DNA of 27,033 bases from a virus (taxonomy: Duplodnaviria; Heunggongvirae; Uroviricota; Caudoviricetes). A model generated the notes under the pieces. It saw only the letters and a list, made by a program, of their open reading frames with translations. It made no database searches and was not told where the DNA came from. The stretch covers positions 1-27,033 of the IMG/VR virus record IMGVR_UViG_2537562015_000005; one strand, written 5' to 3'. The position numbers and the translations under genes were made by a program. Shown here in pieces: positions 1-9,023 of this stretch. The stretch's first letter is position 1; every line of letters begins with the position of its first letter.

Positions 1-722
1 TTCCCGTAATTAAGATCAAGCCAGTAAGCGCGTACCCCCGTATACGCTTCGCGGTCAGCAATGCGGAACTGATGGCGATCGCCACTGCTGCGCGTGATGG
101 CGAACGAGGGCAACGGCTGGCCCTGTGCGTTCACGCCACCGCCTGGCATGATGAATAACAGATTACCGCTTTTTACCGTGGTGATTGCGCCCAACATTTC
201 CGCCATGCGCGTAAGGAAGGACATGTCGCTTTCTTCGGTCTGGTCGGCGTGGTCGATTTCGATATCCATCAGCATTTCGCTGATTTGCGGTTTCAGACCG
301 TACCGATGAGCGATGGCGGATACCACACGCTCAACGGTCACATCATGCCAGGACACCTCACGTTTAACGTTAAATTCATCCCGAAAATCTGCGCTTCTGG
401 CTGAAACAGTCAGCCTGTCCGGCGGTCCTTCGTGAGCGATTTCATCAACAATGTAAGTGCCTTTTTCTGTCAGCGGTTCTCCTTTCCAGCCAATGAGAAC
501 CGTCAGGCGCGCGCCCCGTGGCGGTAGCTGCAACTGACCATCCGCATCATCCAGCGTGATGGTGAGCTGGTCCGCCTCAAATCCCCGGTTGTCGGTCAGT
601 GACAGGCTCATCAGGCGCTCTGCCACGCCTGACAGCGTTTTACCCTCCGCGAGAATATCAAAATCCGGCATTTTCACGGGGTCTGTGCCCTGACTGAGCA
701 ATTGCATGGTGGTGTCGGTCAT
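1..722 (-). CDS. D: P2-like phage tail protein gpD (late control D family), N-terminal ~240 aa; continues past the left edge
   Basis: Reverse-strand frame opens at ATG 722..720 behind a GGGAGGGAG RBS and stays open to position 1 (hand-translated: MTDTTMQLLSQGTDPVKMPDFDILAEGKTLSGVAERLMSLSLTDNRGFEADQLTITLDDADGQLQLPPRGARLTVLIGWKGEPL...). Matches P2 gpD as recalled from memory. Not in the ORF track because no stop lies in the window. Confidence 0.8.
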   Translation of the reverse strand, partial: MTDTTMQLLSQGTDPVKMPDFDILAEGKTLSGVAERLMSLSLTDNRGFEADQLTITLDDADGQLQLPPRGARLTVLIGWKGEPLTEKGTYIVDEIAHEGPPDRLTVSARSADFRDEFNVKREVSWHDVTVERVVSAIAHRYGLKPQISEMLMDIEIDHADQTEESDMSFLTRMAEMLGAITTVKSGNLLFIMPGGGVNAQGQPLPSFAITRSSGDRHQFRIADREAYTGVRAYWLDLNYG

Positions 723-879
723 CTGCTCCCTCCCTGTGCGGCATGGTCGCATGTGCGTGCGGAGGGGGTTACTGCTTTTTGTTGTCGCCGTGGCGGGAGA
801 ACGGCGCAGGGGTGAGATTACGCGCGTGGTGGGTGATGATTGTTGCCGAATCATTTAACGGATACAAGGGGCTGAAGCT

Positions 880-2065
880 ATGAGTGAAACTCGTTTTCAT
901 GGTGCCCGTGTTACGGAAAATACCGACCTGGTAACAGCGATTAACGATGTTGATTCCAGCGTTATCGGTATCGTGGCAACGGCGGATGATGCGGACGCGA
1001 AGCTGTTCCCGCTGAACAAGCCCACACTGCTGACCCGCGTCAATGACGTGCTGGGAAAATGCGGGAACAACGGGGACGCTTTATCGTGCGCTTAAGGCCA
1101 TCGCAGACCAGGTGAGCACAAAGGTGATCGTCGTTCGCGTGGCTGAACACAAAGAAGAAGACGGAAAAACGCAGGATCAACTGGTTATCGGTGGTTCTGA
1201 ATCTGACGGCAGCTATACGGGGATGTATGCGCTGCTTGTTGCAGAGCAGGATGAAAGCATCGGATACCGTCCGCGTATTCTGGCCGCGCCGGAGCTGGAC
1301 ACGGAGGCGGTAACAAAATCCCTGTGCGTGATTGCGGGTAAACTGCGCGCGTTTGTGTATGCCTCATGTCACGGCTGTAACACGATGGCTGAGGCGATTA
1401 CCTACCGCCAGAAATTCAACGAACGTGAGGTGATGCTCTTATGGCCGGACTTCATCGCCTACAACCCGAAAAGTGGCAAAAACGAAACGTTCCCCGCGCC
1501 TGCCTATGCGTGCGGCCTTCGTGCGTACATTGACCATGAGCAGGGTTGGCACAAATCGCTGTCCAACGTTCCGGTTAAAAATGTGCTGGGGATGTCCAGG
1601 CATGTGTTCTGGTCGTTGCAGGCCGAAGACAGTGATGCCAACAGCCTCAACAACAAAGAAATCACGACCATTATTCGTCGCAACGGGTTCCGCTTCTGGG
1701 GCAACCGCACACCGGAAACGAACGCCTACATCTTTGAGGTGTATACCCGAACCGCACAGGTGCTGGCTGATTCAATTGCGGAAGCGCAGTTTGAAACCAT
1801 CGATAGTCCACTGACGCCTGCGAACGTGAAGGATGTTATCAGTGCCATCAGGGCAAAACTGGATTCACTGGTGACTGCCGGGAAACTGATTGGGGCGTCG
1901 TGCTGGTATGACGTGGTGGATAACAGCACCACGAATTTACGTCAGGGGCGTGTGCATATTCGCTACAAATATACGCCCGTTCCTCCGCTGGAAGACATGG
2001 AGCTTTACCAGTCGTTTACTGATGAATTCTTTGGTCCCGCATTTGCGGTGCTGGGAGGTGCCTGA
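880..2065 (+). pseudogene. FI: P2-like tail sheath protein FI, frame-disrupted: 880..1095 and 1043..2065 are the same gene in two frames
   Basis: Both ORFs match P2 FI colinearly (MSETRFHGARV...FPLNKPTLLTRVNDVLGK then AGTTGTLYRALKAIADQV...WGNRT...YKYTPVPPLE). The frame switches at GGA AAA T GCG (extra nucleotide near 1060). The 1043..2065 ORF alone would give an N-terminally truncated sheath. Confidence 0.85.
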
Positions 2066-2577
2066 TGGCTGTACCAAAACATCTTCGCTTTTTTACGCTG
2101 TTTGTGGATGGTGAAAACGAAGTGGGTAAGGTGACGTCCGTCACCCTGCCTAAACTGACGCGCAAAACCGACAGCTACCGGGGTGGTGGCATGATGGGTG
2201 CGGTAAGTATTGATCTCGGTCTGGACGACTCCGCGCTTGATGCGAGCTTTGTCATGGGGGGCGCAGTTCGTGAGCTGTTCCTTAAGTATGGCGGCACGAT
2301 TGACGGCACGCTACTGCGTTTTGCGGGTGAATACTACACCGATGCAGAAAGCGACCTGTATGAAGTCGAAATGCGCGGACGCGTGACGGAAATTGATATG
2401 GGGGAAGCCAAACAGGGCGAAGCCACATCACACACTTACGCCATTAAAAACACCTACTACAAGCTGAGTGTTAACGATCGTCCGTTGTGGGAGATTGACC
2501 TGCTGAACTTCATTTACCGGAAGGACGGCAAGGACATTGTGCCCGATCGCATCCGTTCCGCGCTTGGGCTTGGCTGA
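2065..2577 (+). CDS. FII: P2-like tail tube protein FII
   Basis: 170 aa; start overlaps the FI stop. Matches P2 FII (LPKLTRK..YRGGGM..DLGLDD..LRFAGEY..EVEMRGR..EIDMGE). Confidence 0.85.
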   Translation: MAVPKHLRFFTLFVDGENEVGKVTSVTLPKLTRKTDSYRGGGMMGAVSIDLGLDDSALDASFVMGGAVRELFLKYGGTIDGTLLRFAGEYYTDAESDLYEVEMRGRVTEIDMGEAKQGEATSHTYAIKNTYYKLSVNDRPLWEIDLLNFIYRKDGKDIVPDRIRSALGLG

Positions 2578-2631
2578 TAAGTAATATGCAGGCGGCGCAG
2601 TGCGTCGCCTCTGACTGAAAGGAGTTTCCTG

Positions 2632-2997
2632 ATGAAAGAGACGAAAAACATCGATACCGAAAACACGGTAGTTGCTGACACTGTGAAAGAAACCAGTGAG
2701 CGTGGCGTAAAACTTACCCAACCAATTGAGCGAGGCGGCGAAAAAATCACGTATGTGGAGATCACCGGGGCTATTGAGCAGGCTGGATCTCTGCGAGATT
2801 TGTCGCTGTCTGATGTGCTGAATCTGAAAGCGGAATCCATGTTTACGCTGCTGTCACGAGTGACATCACCGCGACTGGATGAAGTGACGATCAAAAAAAT
2901 GGCATCCCGTGACTTTATTCAGTTATGTGTGGTTGCCGTAAATTTTTTGAGCGGTGCGGACTCTGGCGGGAAGAACGAACAGGCGACGGAAGCCTGA
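2632..2997 (+). CDS. E: P2-like tail assembly chaperone gpE
   Basis: 121 aa; position between tube and tape measure; contains the T TTT TTG slippery heptamer near its 3' end. Confidence 0.8.
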   Translation: MKETKNIDTENTVVADTVKETSERGVKLTQPIERGGEKITYVEITGAIEQAGSLRDLSLSDVLNLKAESMFTLLSRVTSPRLDEVTIKKMASRDFIQLCVVAVNFLSGADSGGKNEQATEA

Positions 2998-3161
2998 TCA
3001 CGGTTGTGTGCTTTGAGCACATAGAAGACTTTGTGGCAGATATTGCCGTTATTTTTAACTGGTCGCCCGCCGAAATCTTCATGATGACGCCCGGCGAAGT
3101 GGTTAGCTGGCGTGAGCGGGCGGCACTTCGCAGCGGGAATGCAGACAATGAAGACTCTTGA
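2632..3161 (+). CDS. E': gpE+E' fusion made by programmed -1 frameshift (join 2632..2948 with 2949..3161 in the -1 frame)
   Basis: Slippery TTTTTTG at 2943..2949. The -1 frame continues as ERCGLWREERTGDGSLITVVCFEHIEDF...WRERAALRSGNADNEDS and stops at 3161, overlapping the T start, as in the P2 E/E' arrangement. Confidence 0.7.
2943..2949 (+). other. Programmed -1 ribosomal frameshift slippery site (T_TTT_TTG) of the gpE/E' pair
   Basis: Heptamer read directly; frames on either side verified by hand translation. Confidence 0.7.
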
Positions 3162-5955
3162 TATCCGGGTCGCTTTCAGCGCCGTTGACAGGCTGACCCA
3201 GCCTGCCGAAAACGCCCGCCGCCTGATGGGGCAGTTTGGTGACTCCATCCAGCGAACGCAGGGGGCGATCAAAAATCTCGAGCGTCAGGCGCGTTCATTT
3301 GAGCGCGCCCGCGACGCTGTCAGTAAAGCGGATGCGGGTATCGTGAAAGCACGACGCCAGCTTAACGCCCTTAATCAGTTACAACGCACGGGTACAGTGC
3401 TCAGCGAAAAACAACAAAAGCTGATGCAGCAGTTAAGCACCCGGCTTGAACGCCTGAATGAATCGCGCACGCGGGAAATTCAGAAAATGCGGGAGCTTGG
3501 CGGAGAGCTGAAACGCCACGGCATTTCCCTGACAGGCAGCGATAACACCATCCAGCAGGCCATCAGACGCACCGAACAGTACAACAATCAGCTTGAACGC
3601 GAACGGCAGGCGCTTGCGCGTGTAACGCGGGCGCGTGAGCGGTATTCGCGCGCGCAGGAAACAGCGGGAAAACTGAAAACAGGTGGTGCACTGGCAATTG
3701 GTGCGGCAGCGGCGGGCGGCTATGCTGCCGGGCGTTTTTTGCAGCCTGCGATCGGGTTCGGGAAAGAGATGTCCCGCGTTCAGGCACTGACGCGAATCGA
3801 CCAGAACAGCCCGCAGTTTAAGGCGCTGCGTGAGCAGGCGTTAAAACTTGGCTCTGAAACGCAGTTCACCGCAGGCGATGCCGCCAGTGGGCAGGCATTT
3901 CTGGCAATGGCTGGCTTCACACCGCAGGCCATTCAGGCTGCGCTTCCCGGCGTGCTGAGCATGGCAACGGCTGGCGGTATGGACCTTGGCGAGACGGCAG
4001 ATATTGGCTCAAATATCCTGACGCAGTTCGGCCTCTCCGCTGACCAGATGGACCGGGTCGGTGACACGCTTACAGCAGTGTTTACCCGTACTAACACTGA
4101 CCTTCGCGCACTGGGCGAAACCATGAAATATGCAGGTCCGGTGGCGGGTAAGCTGGGAATATCGCTGGAGCAGGCCGCAGCGATGGCGGGCGTGCTGGCG
4201 AATATGGGTATCAGAGGGAGTGATGCCGGGACGGCAATGCGTGCCAGCCTGGCTCGTCTGGCATCACCGCCAAAGGCGGCAGCAGAAGCGCTGAAAGAGC
4301 TGGGTGTGTCCGTCTCTGATGCGAACGGCAAAATGCGCCCGATGGAAGATGTGCTGGCCGACCTTTATAAAGCCACCCGTAAATACGGGGAAGTTGACCG
4401 GGTATCGTTCTTTAAGGACATTGCCGGGGAAGAGGCTTTCACGTCGTTTATGGCTCTCGTTGATGCGGCGGGTGACGGCTCCCTGCCCAAACTGAGAAAA
4501 GAACTTGAGGGCGCACGCGGTGAGGCTGAACGCACGGCAAAGGTTATGGCCAATAACCTTGATGGCGACCTGAAATCACTCGGCAGTGCATGGGAAGGGC
4601 TGCGTATCCGCATTGCAGATCTGATTGATGGTCCGCTGCGTTCTGTCACGCAGTGGCTCACGCGGGTGGTCTCAAAGGTGACGGCGCTGGCACAGGCCCA
4701 TCCGGTACTGACGCGCCAGTTACTGATAGCAGGCGGTGCGCTGCTGGCAATGACTGCAACGGTTGGCTCGTTGTCGCTGGTTATTGGAGTGCTTCACGGG
4801 AAGCTGGCCACGTTGCGTCTTGGTTTTTCTCTCCTGACCGGATCAATGAATGCTGTCAGGCTCCTGCCAGCACTATGGGGAATGGTGACGGGTTCCGTTT
4901 CGTTACTGGGGGGCGCTATCGGGGCGCTGTTCAGCCCGGTCGGATTGATTGCTGCTGCGTTTGTGGCTGCGGCAGTTCTCATCTGGAAATACTGGGAACC
5001 CATCAAGGCGTTTTATGCCGGGGTGTTCAGCGGGATTATGGAGCGGCTGGCCCCGTTACGCGAAACCTTTGAACGGTTTGGTCCTGTTTTTGACGCAATC
5101 GGAAGCGGGATAAGTCAGGTGTTTAACTGGTTTAAATCGTTGCTGTCACCGATGGAGTCCAGCAAGGAAACGCTGGATAAATGTACCAGTGCTGGCGAGA
5201 TATTCGGTAACGTTCTTGGCGGTGCGTTACAGCTTGTTCTGACGCCCGCAAAAATGTTGCTGGATACGCTGGCGTGGATACTTGAAAAACTCGGTGTGCT
5301 TCCGGATGAAGCGGAAAGGGCGAGAAAGAAAATCGAAGACGCACAGCGTGCGGCCATTCTTCAGGACAAGGTTGCTCTGTTTCAGGGAGACATTGCGAAA
5401 ATCAATCCGCCGAAGTCTGCGGAAAATGGCAATGGCACCGGAGGTGATAAACCCAAAGACAATAAACCGCTCACAGACAGCAATACCGGTACGCTACGCA
5501 GACTCAGCAAAATTGCTGATAACACAGGTAAGCTGGTTGATGAGACGAAAAAACGTATTGGCCCCGGCGATATTGTCTTTAAGAACCTGCCCCGCGCACT
5601 TGCCGTTCGTGGGGAGTGGCAGGAGCGGAAGATTGTGCAGGTCAGTAAGCCTGCCCCCGCAATTAATATCACACCCGTGGTCCCGGCTCCGCTGCCTCCG
5701 GCGCTGGTCCCTGTTGTTGCGGCCAACTCCCGCCCGGTGGCGGAGGCCATACGATCTCCAGTGGCATCAGTTCCTGTAACTTCCCGTAACCGGGAGCCTG
5801 TTGCCTCCGGATTTGGTGGTGAAATTCATGTTCATCTGCATAACGTTGTTACGCAGAATCCCCGCGAACTGGCGAAACTGGTCGGTGAAATGGTCAGGGC
5901 AGAAATGGAACGGCGCGCCCGTGCCGGGCGTGGCAGTTTTTACGATAAAGATTGA
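3112..5955 (+). CDS. T: P2-like tail tape measure protein gpT
   Basis: 947 aa; coiled-coil-rich N-terminus, central hydrophobic/glycine-rich stretch (LLIAGGALLAMTATVGSLSLVIG...), location after E/E'. The track start at 3112 is GTG; ATG at 3139 or 3148 are alternative starts. Confidence 0.85.
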   Translation: MSGRHFAAGMQTMKTLDIRVAFSAVDRLTQPAENARRLMGQFGDSIQRTQGAIKNLERQARSFERARDAVSKADAGIVKARRQLNALNQLQRTGTVLSEKQQKLMQQLSTRLERLNESRTREIQKMRELGGELKRHGISLTGSDNTIQQAIRRTEQYNNQLERERQALARVTRARERYSRAQETAGKLKTGGALAIGAAAAGGYAAGRFLQPAIGFGKEMSRVQALTRIDQNSPQFKALREQALKLGSETQFTAGDAASGQAFLAMAGFTPQAIQAALPGVLSMATAGGMDLGETADIGSNILTQFGLSADQMDRVGDTLTAVFTRTNTDLRALGETMKYAGPVAGKLGISLEQAAAMAGVLANMGIRGSDAGTAMRASLARLASPPKAAAEALKELGVSVSDANGKMRPMEDVLADLYKATRKYGEVDRVSFFKDIAGEEAFTSFMALVDAAGDGSLPKLRKELEGARGEAERTAKVMANNLDGDLKSLGSAWEGLRIRIADLIDGPLRSVTQWLTRVVSKVTALAQAHPVLTRQLLIAGGALLAMTATVGSLSLVIGVLHGKLATLRLGFSLLTGSMNAVRLLPALWGMVTGSVSLLGGAIGALFSPVGLIAAAFVAAAVLIWKYWEPIKAFYAGVFSGIMERLAPLRETFERFGPVFDAIGSGISQVFNWFKSLLSPMESSKETLDKCTSAGEIFGNVLGGALQLVLTPAKMLLDTLAWILEKLGVLPDEAERARKKIEDAQRAAILQDKVALFQGDIAKINPPKSAENGNGTGGDKPKDNKPLTDSNTGTLRRLSKIADNTGKLVDETKKRIGPGDIVFKNLPRALAVRGEWQERKIVQVSKPAPAINITPVVPAPLPPALVPVVAANSRPVAEAIRSPVASVPVTSRNREPVASGFGGEIHVHLHNVVTQNPRELAKLVGEMVRAEMERRARAGRGSFYDKD

Positions 5956-5961
5956 GGAGTC

Positions 5962-6456
5962 ATGGCCATGATGATGATCTACGGCATGTTTGTTTTTGAG
6001 CTGCGCACGCTGCCGCATCAGCAGTTACAGCAAAACAAAAGCTGGCGGCATGTGAAAAATGAACGCGTTAACCGTTCAGCAAGCTGGCAGTATATCGGTG
6101 CAGGTGATGATCGCATCGTTCTTTCTGGTGTGCTTTATCCTGAAATTACAGGTGGCGAAGTGTCGCTGTCGCTGCTGACCACGCAGGCGTATACAGGACG
6201 ACCCTGGCCTTTGATTGATGGCGTCGGGCAGATTTACGGCATGTATGTCCTGACCGGAACGAACACGACCCGTTCCGAGTTTGATCGCTACGGTAAGGCG
6301 AAAAAGATAGAATTTTCACTGACCCTTGAACGCTGTGATGAGGATTTGCGGGAGCGCCTGCAATCCTCATCGTTCAGCGATATGCTGTCCGGCTTCAAAG
6401 ATAAAGTGACATCATCCCTTAACAGCGCGGCCAGTTCAGTTAAAGGGCTGTTCTGA
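5962..6456 (+). CDS. U: P2-like tail protein gpU
   Basis: 164 aa directly after T; resembles P2 gpU N-terminus (MMMIYGMFVFELRTLPHQQLQ...). Confidence 0.75.
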   Translation: MAMMMIYGMFVFELRTLPHQQLQQNKSWRHVKNERVNRSASWQYIGAGDDRIVLSGVLYPEITGGEVSLSLLTTQAYTGRPWPLIDGVGQIYGMYVLTGTNTTRSEFDRYGKAKKIEFSLTLERCDEDLRERLQSSSFSDMLSGFKDKVTSSLNSAASSVKGLF

Positions 6457-6618
6457 TTTAATGCTGGCCACTCATACCTGGTAATAAGTGGCCAGTCTTA
6501 ACACTCACCATTTGATTGCACCCGCGTTAACGATTTGTTACTGGGTATCAGACATGCTGGATAGCCAGTAGAAACATACCATTAAAATTATTACAATAAT
6601 TGGTCACATGATTATCTT

Positions 6619-6843
6619 ATGCTGAATAATAGAGATATGAATATTAATGAACTTAAAGACTGTATTCACTATGAAGTAATCGGTAGCGAGCGTCCTTTCT
6701 CCTGGCGAAAGGCAATTGTTCGCGCAATAAAACATAGAAGACTTCGTTATTTATTTTGGTGGCGCATAGCCAAATACCTTTTTGATAAAGGCGGATACTG
6801 CCGGAAGATTGCGGGGAAAATAGAACGTTTCATTCTTGGGTAG
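6619..6843 (+). pseudogene. N-terminal fragment of a putative hexapeptide-family (CysE/WbbJ-like) acetyltransferase, cut by IS1
   Basis: AT-rich 74-aa ORF with a helical N-terminal pattern (...LRYLFWWRIAKYLFDKGG..RKIAGKIERFILG) like the N-terminus of sugar O-acetyltransferases. Its stop codon TAG (6841..6843) lies inside the IS1 terminus (IS1 starts 6839). Family assignment is tentative. Confidence 0.3.
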
Positions 6844-6853
6844 TGACTCCAAC

Positions 6854-7357
6854 TTACTGATAGTGTTTTATGTTCAGATAATGCCCGATGACCTTGTCAT
6901 GCAGCTCCACCGATTTTGAGAACGACAGTGACTTCCGTCCCAGCCTTGCCAGATGTTGTCTCAGATTCAGATTATGTCGCTCAATGCGCTGAGTGTAACG
7001 CTTGCTGATAACGTGCAGCTTTCCCTTCAGGCGTGATTCATACAGCGGCCAGCCATCCGTCATCCATACCACGACCTCAAAGGCCGACAGCAGGCTCAGA
7101 AGACGCGCCAGTGTGGCCAGAGTGCGTTCACCGAAAACGTGCGCCACAACTGTCCTCCGTATCCTGTCATACGCGTAAAACAGCCAGCGCTGACGTGATT
7201 TAGCACCGACGTAGCCCCACTGTTCGTCCATTTCCGCGCAGACAATCACATCACTGCCCGGTTGTATGCGCGAGGTTACCGACTGCGGCCTGAGTTTTTT
7301 AAGTGACGTAAAACCGTGTTGAGGCCAACGCCCATAATGCGGGCAGTTGCCCGGCAT
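6854..7357 (-). CDS. insB: IS1 transposase InsB (expressed as InsAB' by frameshift)
   Basis: 167 aa [18 protein letters not shown]...; canonical IS1 insB. Confidence 0.9.
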   Translation of the reverse strand: MPGNCPHYGRWPQHGFTSLKKLRPQSVTSRIQPGSDVIVCAEMDEQWGYVGAKSRQRWLFYAYDRIRRTVVAHVFGERTLATLARLLSLLSAFEVVVWMTDGWPLYESRLKGKLHVISKRYTQRIERHNLNLRQHLARLGRKSLSFSKSVELHDKVIGHYLNIKHYQ

Positions 7358-7551
7358 CCAACGCCATTCATGGCCATATCAATGATTTTCTGGTGCGTAC
7401 CGGGTTGAGAAGCGGTGTAAGTGAACTGCAGTTGCCATGTTTTACGGCAGTGAGAGCAGAGATAGCGCTGATGTCCGGCGGTGCTTTTGCCGTTACGCAC
7501 CACCCCGTCAGTAGCTGAACAGGAGGGACAGCTGATAGAAACAGAAGCCAC
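7276..7551 (-). CDS. insA: IS1 InsA
   Basis: 91 aa [39 protein letters not shown]...; canonical IS1 insA. Confidence 0.9.
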   Translation of the reverse strand: MASVSISCPSCSATDGVVRNGKSTAGHQRYLCSHCRKTWQLQFTYTASQPGTHQKIIDMAMNGVGCRATARIMGVGLNTVLRHLKNSGRSR

Positions 7552-7760
7552 TGGAGCACCTCAAAAACACCATCATACACTAAATCAGTAAGTTGGCAGC
7601 ATCACCCAGGTTTGGCTCGAATAAAAGGTAAAACATTTGGTGCGTTACCGTTAGATAACAATAATCCATTTTGGCTAGATAATGATGCCGCCCCAGGGTT
7701 AAAAAAGAGCCTGGGGGATGTCACTAAGGCTGCATTTGATTTATGTGATAAGTAACTAAA

Positions 7761-8762
7761 ATGTCGGTTCGTAAGATTCCATCAGGTAAATGGCTTTGCG
7801 AATGTTATCCCTACGGGGCATCGGGAAAACGCATTCGTAAACAGTTTGCGACAAAAAGTGAGGCGCTCTCTTATGAGCGCCGTTTAATGAATAGTAGAGT
7901 TGGAGACGAGTTTCAAGATGGTTCTGGTCCTCGTCTTTCTGAGTTGATTGCTCGTTGGTTTGAGATGTACGGTAAAACCTTGTCCTCTGGTGCAGAGCGC
8001 AAAGTCAAACTTGAGGCGATTTGTTCCAGGCTGGGAGATCCATTTGCTTCTCAGTTTGACAAAAATATGTTTGCCACTTATCGGGAAAGAAGGTTATCAG
8101 GAGAGTGGAATCCCAAGGGGAAGAAAAAACTTAGTGAAGCAACCGTTAATCGCGAGCAGTCATATCTACATGCTGTTTTTGCCGAACTGAAGCGCCTTGG
8201 GGAGTGGTCTGGTGAAAACCCCCTGACTGGTATTCGCAAGTTTCGTGAGGAAGAAAAGGAACTGGCGTTTCTGTATGTAGATGAGATTGAACGCCTTCTG
8301 ATTGCGTGTGATGAGTCACGGAATAAAGATTTGGGGGTTGTTGTCCGTATTGGGCTTGCGACTGGTGCTCGGTGGAGTGAAGCAGAAGGGTTAAAGCAAT
8401 CTCAAGTACTGCCCGGTCGAATCACATTTGTTAAAACTAAAGGAAAGAAGAACCGCACTGTACCGATTTCACCTCAATTGCAGGCTATGCTTCCCAAAAA
8501 ACGAGGAGCGCTATTTTCACCATGTTATGAGGCTTTTGACGCTGCAATTAAGAGAGCGAAGATCGAGCTTCCTGATGGGCAATTAACTCATGTGCTACGT
8601 CACACGTTTGCCAGTCATTTTATGATGCGGGGCGGAAATATTCTTGTGTTGCAAAAAATACTGGGGCATAGCGATATAAAAATGACTATGCGTTATGCGC
8701 ATTTTGCTCCAGGTCATTTAGAGGCTGCTGTTGAATTGAACCCTTTTGACAATAGAGGGTAA
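7761..8762 (+). CDS. int: P2-type phage integrase (tyrosine recombinase)
   Basis: 333 aa; C-terminal catalytic region ...GARWSEAEGL...TFVKTKGKKNRTVPIS...HVLRHTFASHFMMRGGNILVLQKILGHSDIKMTMRYAHFAPGHLEAAVELNP closely parallels P2 Int as recalled. Sits next to a tRNA 3' fragment. Confidence 0.9.
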   Translation: MSVRKIPSGKWLCECYPYGASGKRIRKQFATKSEALSYERRLMNSRVGDEFQDGSGPRLSELIARWFEMYGKTLSSGAERKVKLEAICSRLGDPFASQFDKNMFATYRERRLSGEWNPKGKKKLSEATVNREQSYLHAVFAELKRLGEWSGENPLTGIRKFREEEKELAFLYVDEIERLLIACDESRNKDLGVVVRIGLATGARWSEAEGLKQSQVLPGRITFVKTKGKKNRTVPISPQLQAMLPKKRGALFSPCYEAFDAAIKRAKIELPDGQLTHVLRHTFASHFMMRGGNILVLQKILGHSDIKMTMRYAHFAPGHLEAAVELNPFDNRG

Positions 8763-8868
8763 AAAGTGGCGATAAAAAGTGACAATAGATTCAAATGGCG
8801 TTGTATAGAGCCATTTTCAAAGTTAATAAAATCATAAGGTTATGATTTATAAATGGTGGTTGATAGTT

Positions 8869-8923
8869 TTTAAAATCCCTCGGCGTTCGCGCTGTGCGGG
8901 TTCAAGTCCCGCTCCGGGTACCA
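8869..8923 (+). other. tRNA-Leu(UAA) 3' fragment (anticodon loop to CCA), attachment-site remnant
   Basis: TTTAAAATCCCTCGGCGTTCGCGCTGTGCGGGTTCAAGTCCCGCTCCGGGTACCA matches the 3' 55 nt of E. coli leuZ as recalled. The upstream sequence cannot form the acceptor or D arm, so this is not a complete tRNA. Confidence 0.75.
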
Positions 8924-8963
8924 TGGGAAAGACAAGAATAATCAAAGCAATAAGCAGTGTCGT

Positions 8964-8990
8964 GAAACCACCTACGGGTGGTTTTTTTGT
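8964..8990. terminator. Rho-independent terminator-like hairpin, possibly bidirectional
   Basis: AAACCACC-TACG-GGTGGTTT followed by a T-run, with an A-run before the stem. Lies between the tRNA fragment and the 3' end of the minus-strand gene 9024..9905. Confidence 0.55.
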
Positions 8991-9023
8991 GCCTGAAATT
9001 CACGCCCTGTGCATATCCTGTGC

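Larger units (their letters stand above)
6839..7606 (-). mobile_element. IS1, complete 768-bp copy (copy 1)
   Basis: Terminal inverted repeats GGTAGTGACTCCAACTTACTGAT (6839..) and ATCAGTAAGTTGGCAGCATCACC (..7606); insA and insB present. Flanking 9-mers TCATTCTTG and CAGGTTTGG differ, so no target-site duplication. Confidence 0.95.

Noticed and set aside
94-309. 71-aa plus-strand ORF at the left edge
   Set aside because: It lies antisense inside the minus-strand gpD coding frame, which has a clear homology pattern; a composition artefact.
3112-3138. GTG at 3112 as the tape measure start
   Set aside because: Not rejected outright, but ATG at 3139 or 3148 are equally plausible; the start cannot be settled without alignment.
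1185-5750. Many 60 to 140-aa ORFs on both strands nested within the sheath, tube and tape measure genes (for example 1185..1367, 1473..1814, 3563..3787, 3933..4331, 4653..5072, 5382..5750)
   Set aside because: Alternative-frame or antisense ORFs inside GC-rich genes with strong homology-supported frames; low-complexity Arg/Ala/Ser-rich translations.
6464-6495. Perfect 8-bp inverted repeat CTGGCCAC...GTGGCCAG after gpU as a terminator
   Set aside because: 16-nt loop and no downstream T tract; it may be a protein-binding site but is not supported as an intrinsic terminator.
7368-7580. 70-aa [13 protein letters not shown]... inside each IS1 copy (also 13081..13293 and 21950..22162)
   Set aside because: Overlaps insA in another frame within the IS1 end; not a known IS1 product.
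8837-8923. Possible complete tRNA-Leu gene
   Set aside because: Only the 3' 55 nt match; the upstream sequence cannot pair to form the acceptor stem or D arm, so it was annotated as an att fragment.
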